Source of the DNA: Eubacteriales bacterium
GTDB taxonomy: Bacteria; Bacillota; Clostridia; Oscillospirales; CAG-272
Assembly (NCBI GenBank): GCA_045633005.1
Contig: JAZQXT010000047.1
Location: 33,476-97,475 of the forward strand
Reading direction: 5' to 3'
Length of the DNA: 64,000 nucleotides
Of this stretch, positions 27,370 through 38,159 are shown in pieces. The position numbers and the translations under genes were made by a program. Under the pieces are notes generated by a model. That model was not told the origin of the DNA. It was given only the letters and a program-made list of their open reading frames with translations, and did no database searches. Position 1 is the first letter of the stretch. Every line of letters starts with the position of its first letter.

Positions 27370-28701
27370 TTATTTTGCCACAATATATCCGGACGGATTT
27401 CTCAACGAAACAAAACGGCTATATGTCATTTTCTGAAGCACACAATCTTTGCCGGAATTATAAACACCATTATTATCATAGTTGCACTCTGTGAAATACA
27501 CATATTGAGGAGTGCCATATCTGTCATATGTAACGTGCTCAATGAACATTACGTGTCCGTATCTTCCGGAAGTATTTACTGCTATTGATTTTGCTACTAT
27601 CTTTGATGCGCCGTATATAACTCTCACTCGTGAATCACTTGAATTAGCAGAAAGCCAATACTTTGCGTGATATGCGGTATTCAGCTTAATACCTGTGATT
27701 TCGTAGAAGCGACCGTAGGAGTACCACGTGCACTGACCACTATAGCCCCCGCGGTATGATATATTCCCCGAGCCATACCATTTAGTATAGCCGGAACTAT
27801 TTTTTATGGATGCAATTGTTTTTCCAACTTTAGCGTCCCAATTATTGCAATTCACGCACTTAACTTTTATCGTCGCTGTTTTTCCGCTCGTGGTCTTGGC
27901 GGTGATAATAGCAGAACCGTTAGAAACCGCGGTTATAACTCCAGAGGAGGATACTGTTGCGACATTGGTATCGCTGGAGGTGTATTTTACGTTATCTGTA
28001 GAATTTGCAGGGGAAAGGGTGGCTTTTAATGTTCTGGTGCTACCGCTTCCACTCATAGTAACCGTGGAGAAATTTCTGTAGTTAAGGGAGATAGATTTTG
28101 CAGGAATGGAAGCTGTTTCGTAGCAATATTTGTTATAATCCGATACGGAGCACCAAGCTATCCTCCAGCCACCGTTTCCACGCGGAGCCATGATTTGTGC
28201 TTTAGTCGAACTCTTCGAGAGAAGAAAAACGGGGTCATTTTTATCTACCCAATAGTTTCGGTTGGGCGAAGAATTGCTGCGGAGGGAGAGATAGAATTTT
28301 CCTCTCGCGGTAGTGCAAACGTGCGACGTACCGGTAGAGCTTATGATATCACTAAGTTTGATGTAGGCGTTTACCCTTCTGTATGAGCCCGGATAGGAAA
28401 CATAGGCATACATGGTCCCTTTGCTGTTCTTGCCGACAGAGAAGACGTATATCTCATCAGACGAATTGTCAATATACGCCCCATTTTGATGGCCGTTCAC
28501 GGTACCTCTGGTGGTGAGTTCTTTGTTCGTATAAGGTATCGTAATTCCGGACGAGCTCAGCGTGTACGTTCTTGCGGGTGCCGCGCTAGACAGCTGATTA
28601 TAAGCATTTGATACAGTACGTGCGGATGCGGGAAGAATTGCTGCGGTAAATATGCCCGTTACAAAAACAACGGTAAGAAGAACAGAAAGAAGTTTTTTCA
28701 T
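27370..28701 (-). CDS. Secreted Ig-like (Big_2) + CHAP domain cell-wall hydrolase
   Basis: Signal peptide; YTSSDTNVATVSSSGVITAV; GQCTWY, YGHVMFIE, FTECN. Confidence 0.85.
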   Translation of the reverse strand: MKKLLSVLLTVVFVTGIFTAAILPASARTVSNAYNQLSSAAPARTYTLSSSGITIPYTNKELTTRGTVNGHQNGAYIDNSSDEIYVFSVGKNSKGTMYAYVSYPGSYRRVNAYIKLSDIISSTGTSHVCTTARGKFYLSLRSNSSPNRNYWVDKNDPVFLLSKSSTKAQIMAPRGNGGWRIAWCSVSDYNKYCYETASIPAKSISLNYRNFSTVTMSGSGSTRTLKATLSPANSTDNVKYTSSDTNVATVSSSGVITAVSNGSAIITAKTTSGKTATIKVKCVNCNNWDAKVGKTIASIKNSSGYTKWYGSGNISYRGGYSGQCTWYSYGRFYEITGIKLNTAYHAKYWLSANSSDSRVRVIYGASKIVAKSIAVNTSGRYGHVMFIEHVTYDRYGTPQYVYFTECNYDNNGVYNSGKDCVLQKMTYSRFVSLRNPSGYIVAK

Positions 28702-28702
28702 T

Positions 28703-28831
28703 ATACCCTCCTCGGTATTTGTTTGATTTTTGAAAGTTTTTTGTATACTGATCATCTTTATACGTTATCAAGGGGGATGAGTCTGCATAGTTTGTTAACC
28801 GTCCTTTCTTTTGATTTTTTTAAATTGCCAT
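28703..28831 (-). repeat. Duplicated intergenic block A (partner 40182-40308)
   Basis: High identity, including RBS GAGGAGGGT. Confidence 0.85.
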
Positions 28832-28997
28832 TTTCTCCTCACTCCCGATATCTTCGGGGGAATGGAATAGACAATTCTTATTTGCGGGTTAATCGAGCGA
28901 AGCGAGAAAACTTTAGATGCATAATACAGCCAAACTTCGTTTGATCAAGCGAAAAAAACATAGTATAGATGAGGCACGTGAGTCTTTTTAAGCGACA

Positions 28998-29294
28998 TTA
29001 TGACGCAATAGCCAAATTGGTGCGAGGAGCAGCTCCCTTGATAACACCCCACGGAAGCACATCGGGATATTGAATGGAGTCAAGGATAAAGAAGAACCCG
29101 CCGTCGGGAAATTCATTAACAGCTGTTACGTAGAGCTTACTTCCAACGGGAGCCATCGTCTTACAGAAACCTGTGATTTGTTGGCCATCGCATGCTTCCG
29201 CAACAATATAACAACCTTTCTTTGAGGAACGAACCACCTCTGCAGGTAAACTGTCAAAATTCGAAACGTCATGTGAAAAGAATTTTATGTACAT
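28998..29294 (-). CDS. Hypothetical protein
   Basis: AAGGAG RBS; first codons MYIKFFSHD repeated near 40888, where the copy is truncated. Confidence 0.6.
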   Translation of the reverse strand: MYIKFFSHDVSNFDSLPAEVVRSSKKGCYIVAEACDGQQITGFCKTMAPVGSKLYVTAVNEFPDGGFFFILDSIQYPDVLPWGVIKGAAPRTNLAIAS

Positions 29295-29497
29295 GGTTTT
29301 ATCTCCTTTTTTGTTTGTATCAATAGTCTACGCCAATTTTACTAACTACACAATAGGGATCCGAGGTGAGAAGTAGTTAGTAAGACACGTTTTTTTCGCT
29401 GGCTATCAAAATAATCGCACAACTACTACTTGCTTACGTATGGCAATACCACCTCACAAGCAAATAATCACTTACTTATTTATCGATTTTCAAAAAG
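29268..29497 (-). repeat. Duplicated block B (partner 40863-41089) containing an 11-bp inverted repeat
   Basis: High identity; TTACTAACTAC...GTAGTTAGTAA in both copies. Confidence 0.85.
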
Positions 29498-29738
29498 TTC
29501 ATGGGACTAATGATTAAGATAGCTTTTTTCATAATCGTGACCCCTTTCGTTTTATCTGTTTTCATTATATCCTTTAGCACTTCGGTTCCGTAAATTTCGT
29601 TTTACAAGACCTGATTGATGTGTTCGTTGCTGTACATTTATTATAGTCAGTTGCCGTTGGCACTTGTAAAATGAGGTTTACCATGAAAGAGGGACCGTTC
29701 ATAAACCGAACGGTCCCCCTAGTGAAGGTGTTATTCAA

Positions 29739-31025
29739 TTATTGATGATAGGACAGTTCCCATACATCAGCGTATGTGCCCAACGGATCGTCGGACAGAA
29801 TACACATCAATACAAAACACTCATAAGGATTTTGCACATATAGCTTCCCGAGAAAACATTTTTCAAGAATTGTATTCATTGATTCATGGAATTTCAAAAA
29901 TCTCGCTTTGGATTCGGGATATTCATAAAGTTTCTGTGAAAACACAAAAAAGTTAAGGGTAATCAAATCAAAGCGAGTAACTTCCGCATTGCCGGACAAA
30001 ATGTCTCCGATGCGTTGACGACTGAACCGTTTTCCTGCAAACTGATCATTCAATCTAGAAGCTTTGCTTGGAGTTAAGTTCCCGTGTCTATCAGTGGGAA
30101 TTGCGGCACAGATAATATGTTCTATATCGCTTTCTGTAATATCCTCTCGACAGAAAACCTTCCTCTTTGAGCGAAATTGTTCAATTCGTTTTTGCTTTTC
30201 AGAATCATATAAGCGGTCGTTATACGAAAGCTTGTGGATATATTCTTGAACAGCATTTTCATATTCTTCCGCCTCATAATCATTATACATTTTTGCAATC
30301 GAATCTCTTGCTTCATCATATAATTCATCAAAGCATTGCCTCGCTGTTAGGCTCATTGCGGACATCTTTTCGTTTGCCTTTAATTTTGCCAAATGGGCTA
30401 TAAGTGCAGCGTCGTCATGAATAGAGTGCATTGAATTCCTCACGCCTATTGTTTGCTCGCAATAAATACGTCCCATATCAAGCGAATTAGGTGGAGTATC
30501 ATTGTAAATCCGCCATAATTGTTCAAATTTAAGGTAGTTGTAATGCTTGTGATAGCAGTACCAACATATCACTTCGAACGGATTCTTGGGGTTGATTTCC
30601 TGTTCGCGAAGAGCTTTGGTCAGAAACATATTTACATCGTCAACGCTCATATTGAGGCCGAAGCCCAACAAGAATACCACATTCCGCTTTACCGTTTGCT
30701 GCGTGAGCCAGTTCTTTGATAGCGCGCTCAATTTGGCGGTCGTGGTAGTGAACGACGCAGGGGTATGATTATCCGAAAACGCACTGCGGATAATCAGTTG
30801 ATACTCTTTAATCGGTATCTCAGCAAAAGAATCTGTTAATCCGGCTTTCTGATAGATGTATCGTTTCAGATAATCCCCAAATGATATAACTTTCAGTCTA
30901 TGTTTGAGGGAGTTGTATATCAAATGTGCATCTTTTTCAAGAAATTGCGTATCATCAACAGCATCATACAAAGACTCCCAGGCAGCATCGGTAAAATCCA
31001 AATCTCTTATGTCATAGCCTTCCAT
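29739..31025 (-). CDS. Hypothetical protein, possibly an HTH regulator of the kinase module
   Basis: Last gene of the operon; KNWL...VKRNVVFLLGFGLNMSVDDVNMFL and SRQRIGDILSG..VTRFDLI resemble XRE-like HTH segments. Confidence 0.6.
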   Translation of the reverse strand: MEGYDIRDLDFTDAAWESLYDAVDDTQFLEKDAHLIYNSLKHRLKVISFGDYLKRYIYQKAGLTDSFAEIPIKEYQLIIRSAFSDNHTPASFTTTTAKLSALSKNWLTQQTVKRNVVFLLGFGLNMSVDDVNMFLTKALREQEINPKNPFEVICWYCYHKHYNYLKFEQLWRIYNDTPPNSLDMGRIYCEQTIGVRNSMHSIHDDAALIAHLAKLKANEKMSAMSLTARQCFDELYDEARDSIAKMYNDYEAEEYENAVQEYIHKLSYNDRLYDSEKQKRIEQFRSKRKVFCREDITESDIEHIICAAIPTDRHGNLTPSKASRLNDQFAGKRFSRQRIGDILSGNAEVTRFDLITLNFFVFSQKLYEYPESKARFLKFHESMNTILEKCFLGKLYVQNPYECFVLMCILSDDPLGTYADVWELSYHQ

Positions 31026-31026
31026 A

Positions 31027-33363
31027 TCACGACTTTTCCTTTCCGATCTTGGACAAAACGATTCTGGCAAGGACTAAGAAAACACCAGTGTAAAAGACCA
31101 AGATACCCCACGATGTGAGCAAGTGCGAAGATGTAAAGTCGAAGAAAGATTCTGCTTCATGGGGAAGCATAACGCCTTCCTGCTGTAACTTCAACGGCAG
31201 ATCATTCAGATTTGCGGTCGTGCCGTAGCCTTCCATGCTCCAACGGCAAACAGCTACCCAAGAAATGATCTCTGTTGCCCCGCTCAGTTTGAAAATCAAG
31301 CCAGAGAAAAGAATCTGAGGCATCAACAGAATAGGTGCTACTGTCATGGCTCTGTCTGCATTGGTAAATAGCGAGGATACGAACAAGCCCATAGCGGTAG
31401 AAGATACCGCTGTAATAAATGTCGTAATCAAAAGTTCAAGGAACGGGTGCGTGATAATGCCTTCCTCTGGCAGACCTACCATTACGCTGAATACACCGGT
31501 AATCATCGCACTCTGAATCAGACATAAGATGCCAAGTACGATAATTTTTGAGGACACATACGCACTGAGCGACAATCCGGTCATATATTCTCGCTTCATG
31601 ATAGTGCGTTCCTTGCAGATTTCCTGGATGGCATTTAACATACCCACCCAGAACGCGGAACACGAAAGCGCAAACAAAAGGCTTTTTGTCATTTCGTATT
31701 GTTCAAACTGTTTTCCATCTGCGACAAAAGAAATCAGCACAGCAAGTAAAGGGGCTTGCACTAAAAGCAGCAACAGGCGTTGCCTGTCGTTGGCTACCAA
31801 TTTCAAATAGCGAGCACTCAAAACACGAAGCTGCTTAAATCGGCTTTCCTTGGATTTGCCGGAAACAGCAGAAGTTTGACGCACTTTACCTACAGACACT
31901 CTGGATTTCTCAAACTTTGCGCTCCACTGTTTTGCCTGCTCGGTTATCATATTATATACGTCAACGATGTCGGAAACGCCGAAGAACGCCAGCGCTTCAT
32001 CATATGAGCCGAAGAAGCAAAGGTTGCCGCCTTTACCCATGAATACTATCTTATCACACATCTTTAGTTGGAGCGTACTGTGGGTAACAAGGATAACCGT
32101 TTTGCCGCCATCCGCCATACTTCGTAGCGACTGCATCAAGTTGCGCTCGGTTCCGGGGTCCAAACCGGAAGCAGGTTCGTCAAGGAACAGCAGATTAGGG
32201 TCAGACAGCAACTCAACAGCGATACTGGCTCGTTTTCTTTGACCGCCGCTGAGCGATTTGATAAGGCTGTCACGTTTTTCGGGCAACTCAACCATATCGA
32301 TAGCTCTTGTAATAGCCGCTTCTCGCTCTGCCGCTGTTGTGTCCTTTGGAAGACGTAGCTTTGCGGTGTACAACAGCATATCGTGCAAGGTTAGATTATC
32401 GTATACGATGTCCGACTGAGGCACATAGCCAACCAATTTTTTTAGAGAATCAAAGTTTTGATACAGATTCACACCGTTAATAAAAACCTCACCCTGTGTG
32501 GGTGGCAAATAACCACACATACAATTCAGAATAGTGGATTTGCCCGCACCGGAGCCGCCAATAATGGCAATCAGTTCGCCCGGCTTGATATTAAGGTTCA
32601 CATGATTGCTTGTGATAAAGGATTTCTTGCCTTTACCACGCTTGATTACAATATCAGCCGCATCCACAGAAATACCGCTTTTATAGCAACAATAGGAGAG
32701 GGTTGCCGACGTAAAGATCAGCTTTGAGTTGGTGATAGCAATGACATCTTTTTCGTGAAGCTTTTCTTTGCCGAAAACACGTTTGTTATTGATGATTACA
32801 CCGTTGGTGCTATCATTGTCAACTATGTACCATCCATTGTTTTCGTAAACGATTTTGGCATGGCACTTGGAAACCGAAACATGGGGAAGCGTAATATCGC
32901 AGCTTTGCTCTCGACCAACGCTCAACTCCCGCTTCCCGGCAAGCGGCATTGTGTGCCACTTGTTATCCGAGTCAGCAGAAGAAAACACGAACAGTACACC
33001 TTCGGAAACGGTTTCCACGCCATCATCAATACGAATGAAGTCACCGTCACTGATAGTTCGGGAAACGATCGACGCATTATTATAGATCAGACCGTTTGTG
33101 CTGCCGGTATCTTTGTACGCAGCCTTGTCCTCAATAACCCATGAATCGCCTTTATAGACGAATCTACCGTGCTCAGAGGAAACAAGGTGAGATGTGAGTA
33201 CAATATCGTTTTTCGGGTCACGCCCGAAGTATATGAAATTTTTGCCGAACTCACTGAGTCGGATTGTGCGCGGCGCAATACTACCATCAAAGATTGTCAC
33301 CAATGAACTTGCAACTTGGTTTATACCACCAACAAATCGTGTGGTTTTATCAAAATCTTGCAT
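31027..33363 (-). CDS. FHA-FHA-ABC transporter (ATPase + ABC2 permease), Rv1747-like architecture
   Basis: Two FHA domains (GR..VS..H..STNG), GGSGAGKST, LSGGQRKR, FLDEP, multi-TM C-terminus. Confidence 0.92.
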   Translation of the reverse strand: MQDFDKTTRFVGGINQVASSLVTIFDGSIAPRTIRLSEFGKNFIYFGRDPKNDIVLTSHLVSSEHGRFVYKGDSWVIEDKAAYKDTGSTNGLIYNNASIVSRTISDGDFIRIDDGVETVSEGVLFVFSSADSDNKWHTMPLAGKRELSVGREQSCDITLPHVSVSKCHAKIVYENNGWYIVDNDSTNGVIINNKRVFGKEKLHEKDVIAITNSKLIFTSATLSYCCYKSGISVDAADIVIKRGKGKKSFITSNHVNLNIKPGELIAIIGGSGAGKSTILNCMCGYLPPTQGEVFINGVNLYQNFDSLKKLVGYVPQSDIVYDNLTLHDMLLYTAKLRLPKDTTAAEREAAITRAIDMVELPEKRDSLIKSLSGGQRKRASIAVELLSDPNLLFLDEPASGLDPGTERNLMQSLRSMADGGKTVILVTHSTLQLKMCDKIVFMGKGGNLCFFGSYDEALAFFGVSDIVDVYNMITEQAKQWSAKFEKSRVSVGKVRQTSAVSGKSKESRFKQLRVLSARYLKLVANDRQRLLLLLVQAPLLAVLISFVADGKQFEQYEMTKSLLFALSCSAFWVGMLNAIQEICKERTIMKREYMTGLSLSAYVSSKIIVLGILCLIQSAMITGVFSVMVGLPEEGIITHPFLELLITTFITAVSSTAMGLFVSSLFTNADRAMTVAPILLMPQILFSGLIFKLSGATEIISWVAVCRWSMEGYGTTANLNDLPLKLQQEGVMLPHEAESFFDFTSSHLLTSWGILVFYTGVFLVLARIVLSKIGKEKS

Positions 33364-33380
33364 ATAATCACCTCACTTAA

Positions 33381-34601
33381 TCACATCATTGCCTCGCTTA
33401 TAGCACCCGCAATTAATCTACCAATCTTAAACGGAGCCACAAACAAGCCTATCACTGCAGACAGAATGAATTTTATGAAGAAGTAGATTAACCACCCCAT
33501 CCACGACATCCATATAAACATTGCCGGCTGAATACTGTTAAGAGCTTGCCAGCCAAAAATCGCGCAAGCTACAATAACGATCAGAGCGATCTCACCCTGC
33601 GATGACCAAAGAGCGAGAGTTATGCCCCAAATAATAATGGCTATTACGAAAGAAAGAATATAATATCCTATATCAGATGCTAAAAAACTACGCAATCCTC
33701 CGCCGCTTGATGTTGCCGATGAACTGCTATTTTGATATGTATTTTGAGAATTATTATCATATTGCATATCTTGTTGAATAGGCTCATTGTTTACAGGTTC
33801 ATCATTAAAGTCCGACTCATATGATTCATGCTCATTCACAATAGGGAGCACGTCTTGAGTAAAGCGAGAAGGAGTTTCTTCATGAACTGTACTCGCAATG
33901 TTATCCGCAAAATTTTCCTCAATGCTGTTGTTGATTGCAGAATCATCCTGAACCATCGGTTTTGAATCCGTTACAGAGTTTGATTTCAATCTGTTGATAT
34001 AAAGTGCGGTAGAAGTGAATACCAATCTAACGTCATTACAAGCTATGACATCTTTTTCATGAAGAACGACACGACCGGAAGCGGCTTTCTTATTTATGTA
34101 GAGGTTAGCGTTCTGCACATTAAGATAGAACAGATCGCCGGACCGTTCGATAGATGCATCGGTATCAGGAGAAATGCAGCATAGGTTGTATTCCGAATTC
34201 CATTCGCCTGACGAAATAGCTTCCCATTTGTCTGAATATTGGTCATTGGCAAAAATAATCAATACACCATCGGGAACGGTTTCAATACCATCATCGATAC
34301 GAATGAAATCGTCCTTGTCCACTTTAACTTCGGTAATTTCGTTGTCGTGATAGATAATTCCATTTGTGCTTCCGAGATCGGTAACACACCATTGTTCGTC
34401 TGAATAGAACAGTTTACCATGGCTTCTGGAAGCAAGGCGTGATGTTAATGTTATGTCATTATTTGTATCACGCCCAAATGTTATTTCTGATTTTCCTAAA
34501 GAGGTCAAATTGACCTCTTTAGGATGAGAATTGGAATCGAATATGTAGATGCGAGCCATAATGTTTGTTGAATATGGTTTCACGGTAGAAGCATACTCCA
34601 T
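33381..34601 (-). CDS. FHA-domain membrane protein
   Basis: FGRD..ASRSHG..GSTNG; C-terminal TM helices; N-terminus paralogous to that of the ABC protein. Confidence 0.85.
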   Translation of the reverse strand: MEYASTVKPYSTNIMARIYIFDSNSHPKEVNLTSLGKSEITFGRDTNNDITLTSRLASRSHGKLFYSDEQWCVTDLGSTNGIIYHDNEITEVKVDKDDFIRIDDGIETVPDGVLIIFANDQYSDKWEAISSGEWNSEYNLCCISPDTDASIERSGDLFYLNVQNANLYINKKAASGRVVLHEKDVIACNDVRLVFTSTALYINRLKSNSVTDSKPMVQDDSAINNSIEENFADNIASTVHEETPSRFTQDVLPIVNEHESYESDFNDEPVNNEPIQQDMQYDNNSQNTYQNSSSSATSSGGGLRSFLASDIGYYILSFVIAIIIWGITLALWSSQGEIALIVIVACAIFGWQALNSIQPAMFIWMSWMGWLIYFFIKFILSAVIGLFVAPFKIGRLIAGAISEAMM

Positions 34602-34615
34602 TATTTTTATATCCT

Positions 34616-37342
34616 TTATTGCACGTTTTCCAGCAGAACATCAGAAATCATCGTACAACTCCAACCATCCATAGTGACCTCAAATCTCAAGTAATTTACA
34701 TCTTCTAAATCGATACTTCCTGTATTGAATTTTACGGTTTTTTGTGTAATGATTGGAGAAGTATATACTAAATTATCATCGGTATATATTTTTATTTGTG
34801 CTTTCCCTTCTTTCCCAAATTCAATATATGGTGAAATATCAAATACCAAAGATGAATATTTTTTTGCTATAAAATACTCTGCTGAATGGCTATTAGGTTT
34901 TTGATGTACAGCTGACCAAGTCCCACTATGAAATACTGTATAGTTCTGAACTGAGGAATAATTATTGCCTAAAATGTCTTCTGGATAATTATTATGCCAT
35001 TCAATATTTCCGTTCAGGCAATCAAACTGAGATAATGATGTATATTTTTTATCGATTTTTGACACGAAGTTAGGTATAGAATCAAGCATTACATTCGACA
35101 TCAATAAACACCCCCAGCCACTATTTTCAACCGTTATTGTTATGTATTCTGCATCACTAACATCGATTCCAACAACCGATACTATCCCAGATTTTTGTGT
35201 AATATAGGGAGATGTGTATCTCAATACACCATTGACGAATATCTGAACATAAGCAAAGCCTTCGTTATTCATCTCAACATATGGTGACAGTTGAAAAGAT
35301 ATGGTAGAAAACTTTTTTGATAATGTGTATTCTACAGAATGACTATTGGGTTTCTGATGCACAGCTGACCAAGTCCCACTATGTAAAATCACAAAATTTT
35401 CAACATTCGAATAATCATTACCTAACGGATCGGAAGGTGAACCTTCATTCCACGGAAATTTCCCATTTATAGGTGTTAGTGAACTCAATAAAATGGTTTT
35501 ATATTTATCAACTTCATTTTTTAGAGCTTTAATAACAGCATTATTGGGGATTTCTTTAGAAGCTGTTTCCAATAACTGTTTCGCAGCTGTTATATTCTGT
35601 TCAGCCAAGTATGCGTCAACCTGTGCAGAAACACTCTTTGCATAAGCATCTTCATATGTCTTTGCTGCAGCGGTAAGAGCACTGTCAGCTCCAACAGATT
35701 TCAACGCTTGATTAACGGTTTGGAGTGCAGCAAGATGGTCGCCGGCATCAGATAGGGATTTTGCGGTTGCAAGTGCCGTTTCTTTGATTTGTTCGTTTTG
35801 AGCTTTGGTATACTCATCAAGCTTATTCTTCAATTCAGTAGAATTGGGATAAGTAGCAAGTCCTGCTTGCACCTTAGCAAGCGCGCTTTTATAATCTTTC
35901 TGCGCTGCCAAGGCATCTGCCTCACTGATTATGGATGCAATTGCCTCATTGTTAAGTTTTTCGGTGTACTCATCTTCCTTATTCTTCAATTCAGTAGAAT
36001 CGGGATAAGTGGCGAGTCCCGCTTGTACCTTAGCAATCGCGCTTTTATAATCCTTCTGCGCCGCCAAGGCATCCGCCTGGCTAATGATATAAGCTATCTC
36101 TTCTTCAATTGATTTATAAGTTTCGGCTTTTTCGGTCGTTGTATCACCAGAATGTTTTCCGCTTTCACCATCTTCTTTATCATCAAACAAATTTGGAACA
36201 ACAAAAATACCGACACTAACAAGAAGTAAAAGTGCCAATACCACGGCAATCAAGGCAGCTATTTTTTTCTTTTTCTTAGGTTTAGCACCAAATGTATTAA
36301 CTTCGGGAGGATTCTTGCGGTCAGAGGTATTGGTGGCTTGGCGGACAGGGGTAGTTTTATCATAGTCAGACGGTACCCTGCGAACAGGAATAGTTCCGTC
36401 CAAGTTGCTTGCAGCCACCAAATACGTACCGTTAGCAACACTCATCAATGCCTGCTTCATTTCCGTAGCAGAAGAAAAACGCCTACCGGGATCATAAGCA
36501 CAGGCACGAAGAATGAGGTCTGCCATAGCCGGAGATGCTTCGCACGGTGCAGGCAGTTCTTCACCACGGATTCTGCGGTCTACAGCGTTTCTTCTTTCGT
36601 TAGGGTTGAGAAGCTGTTTTTCGGTATCCAAGAACGGTAGGCGATTACCGTTCAACAGACGGTACAGAACGATACCGAGTGAGTAAGTGTCAACACGGGC
36701 ATCATATTCACTGCTGGTAGCAACTTCGGGAGCCATATAGTTGAACGTACCTTTTTGAGAAAGCCCGCCTGTCATATTCTCCATTTTACGGGCAATACCG
36801 AAATCTCCCAACTTGAAATAGCCAAAATCATTAATAAAGATATTTTCCGGTTTAATATCTCTGTGAATTATATTGCGCTTTCCACAAATTTCAAGAGCGG
36901 TACATATATCACAGCCAAGCTTGATAACTTCTTCTTCAGTCAGCTTCTTGTCGCAGATGTAGGTGTTAAAGGGCGTAAGCAGTTCCATTCGGATATAAAT
37001 ATCCCAACCGATCTCATCGGTCTTTTCAACGACCTTGTAATCTTCCACGCTTACAATATTCTGGACGCCTTTCAAGGACTCCATTAACTGAATTTCGCTG
37101 ATGAAATCATTGACAATGCCCTGGAGATAGGTTCTGGTGGCGTTCATATCCAGACCTTCGGAACGCAAAGAATCAACTTCGGAAGGATCGGCAGGAATGG
37201 AAATCACCTTAATTGCCGCATAGCTTTCCACGTTATGGTCTCTGCGTACAGCCTTATAAACCACACCGAAGGAACCTTTTCCAAGAGGCTTTCCTTCGAT
37301 TTGCCATTCGGGCCATATTTGTTTCAAAACTTCAACTGACAT
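34616..37342 (-). CDS. Transmembrane Hanks-type Ser/Thr kinase with TPR-like repeats and two NPCBM-like domains
   Basis: GKGSFGVV, HRDIKPEN, DFG, YMAPE; TM; duplicated ectodomain modules. Confidence 0.93.
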   Translation of the reverse strand: MSVEVLKQIWPEWQIEGKPLGKGSFGVVYKAVRRDHNVESYAAIKVISIPADPSEVDSLRSEGLDMNATRTYLQGIVNDFISEIQLMESLKGVQNIVSVEDYKVVEKTDEIGWDIYIRMELLTPFNTYICDKKLTEEEVIKLGCDICTALEICGKRNIIHRDIKPENIFINDFGYFKLGDFGIARKMENMTGGLSQKGTFNYMAPEVATSSEYDARVDTYSLGIVLYRLLNGNRLPFLDTEKQLLNPNERRNAVDRRIRGEELPAPCEASPAMADLILRACAYDPGRRFSSATEMKQALMSVANGTYLVAASNLDGTIPVRRVPSDYDKTTPVRQATNTSDRKNPPEVNTFGAKPKKKKKIAALIAVVLALLLLVSVGIFVVPNLFDDKEDGESGKHSGDTTTEKAETYKSIEEEIAYIISQADALAAQKDYKSAIAKVQAGLATYPDSTELKNKEDEYTEKLNNEAIASIISEADALAAQKDYKSALAKVQAGLATYPNSTELKNKLDEYTKAQNEQIKETALATAKSLSDAGDHLAALQTVNQALKSVGADSALTAAAKTYEDAYAKSVSAQVDAYLAEQNITAAKQLLETASKEIPNNAVIKALKNEVDKYKTILLSSLTPINGKFPWNEGSPSDPLGNDYSNVENFVILHSGTWSAVHQKPNSHSVEYTLSKKFSTISFQLSPYVEMNNEGFAYVQIFVNGVLRYTSPYITQKSGIVSVVGIDVSDAEYITITVENSGWGCLLMSNVMLDSIPNFVSKIDKKYTSLSQFDCLNGNIEWHNNYPEDILGNNYSSVQNYTVFHSGTWSAVHQKPNSHSAEYFIAKKYSSLVFDISPYIEFGKEGKAQIKIYTDDNLVYTSPIITQKTVKFNTGSIDLEDVNYLRFEVTMDGWSCTMISDVLLENVQ

Positions 37343-37344
37343 AT

Positions 37345-38136
37345 TTATACCTCTTTTCTTTTAGTGTGACGCTTCCGTTTGAAAAAACACCCGGATTTGC
37401 GTTCGATTTTACATAGAATGATTGTGGTGTTGTCTTTACCCCCATTAGCAAGGGCTTTATCAAGGAGTTGTGTTATAGCTTCCTCAATAGGTTTTGAAAC
37501 AAGCACTTCGGTTATTTCACCAACAGAAACCATATCGGTCAAGCCATCCGAACATATTAGATAGACATCGCCATCGTTGTATGCTCCCCGCGCAAGGTAC
37601 GGGTCTATTACTAATTCATCGGGGGGGATCCCAAGATTTTGTGAAAGCGGTGGTTTCACTCCAAACGCAGAAACAGCAACATGATCTTTAGATATTTGTT
37701 CTAACATACCATCACATAATCGAAAAATTTTACTGTCTCCAATATTACACAAGACAACTTCCTTTTCTGCAAAGACAAGCATTGCTGCGGTTGTTCCCAT
37801 AGCCGACACTTCATGCAGTGTTGCATAATCGCATATTTCAGCATTTGCTTTATGACAGAACCGAGTTAAATCTGCGGCGGCTTCTTTTCCAATTTCTATT
37901 GTAGAGGCGGTTTTAGATGCGATATATGATGCGATTTCACCACATTCTTCGCCGCCCATACCGTCAAAGATTCCAAATACCGATATATCTCTGGATGTTT
38001 TTGTACCGCATAGTGGGAACTCAATAGGTATATCGCCCATATCCATGTAACGTCTGTCGCAAATAAAATTATCTTGGTTGATGCTTCGGACATTACCTAT
38101 ATGACTAATACAAGCAAAATGGATATCGTAGTTCAT
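37345..38136 (-). CDS. PP2C-family protein phosphatase
   Basis: RSINQDN, FDGMGG, MGTT, NIGDS, CSDGL, GGKDNTT. Confidence 0.95.
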   Translation of the reverse strand: MNYDIHFACISHIGNVRSINQDNFICDRRYMDMGDIPIEFPLCGTKTSRDISVFGIFDGMGGEECGEIASYIASKTASTIEIGKEAAADLTRFCHKANAEICDYATLHEVSAMGTTAAMLVFAEKEVVLCNIGDSKIFRLCDGMLEQISKDHVAVSAFGVKPPLSQNLGIPPDELVIDPYLARGAYNDGDVYLICSDGLTDMVSVGEITEVLVSKPIEEAITQLLDKALANGGKDNTTIILCKIERKSGCFFKRKRHTKRKEV

Positions 38137-38159
38137 AACATCCTCCTTCCTTGTGCTTA

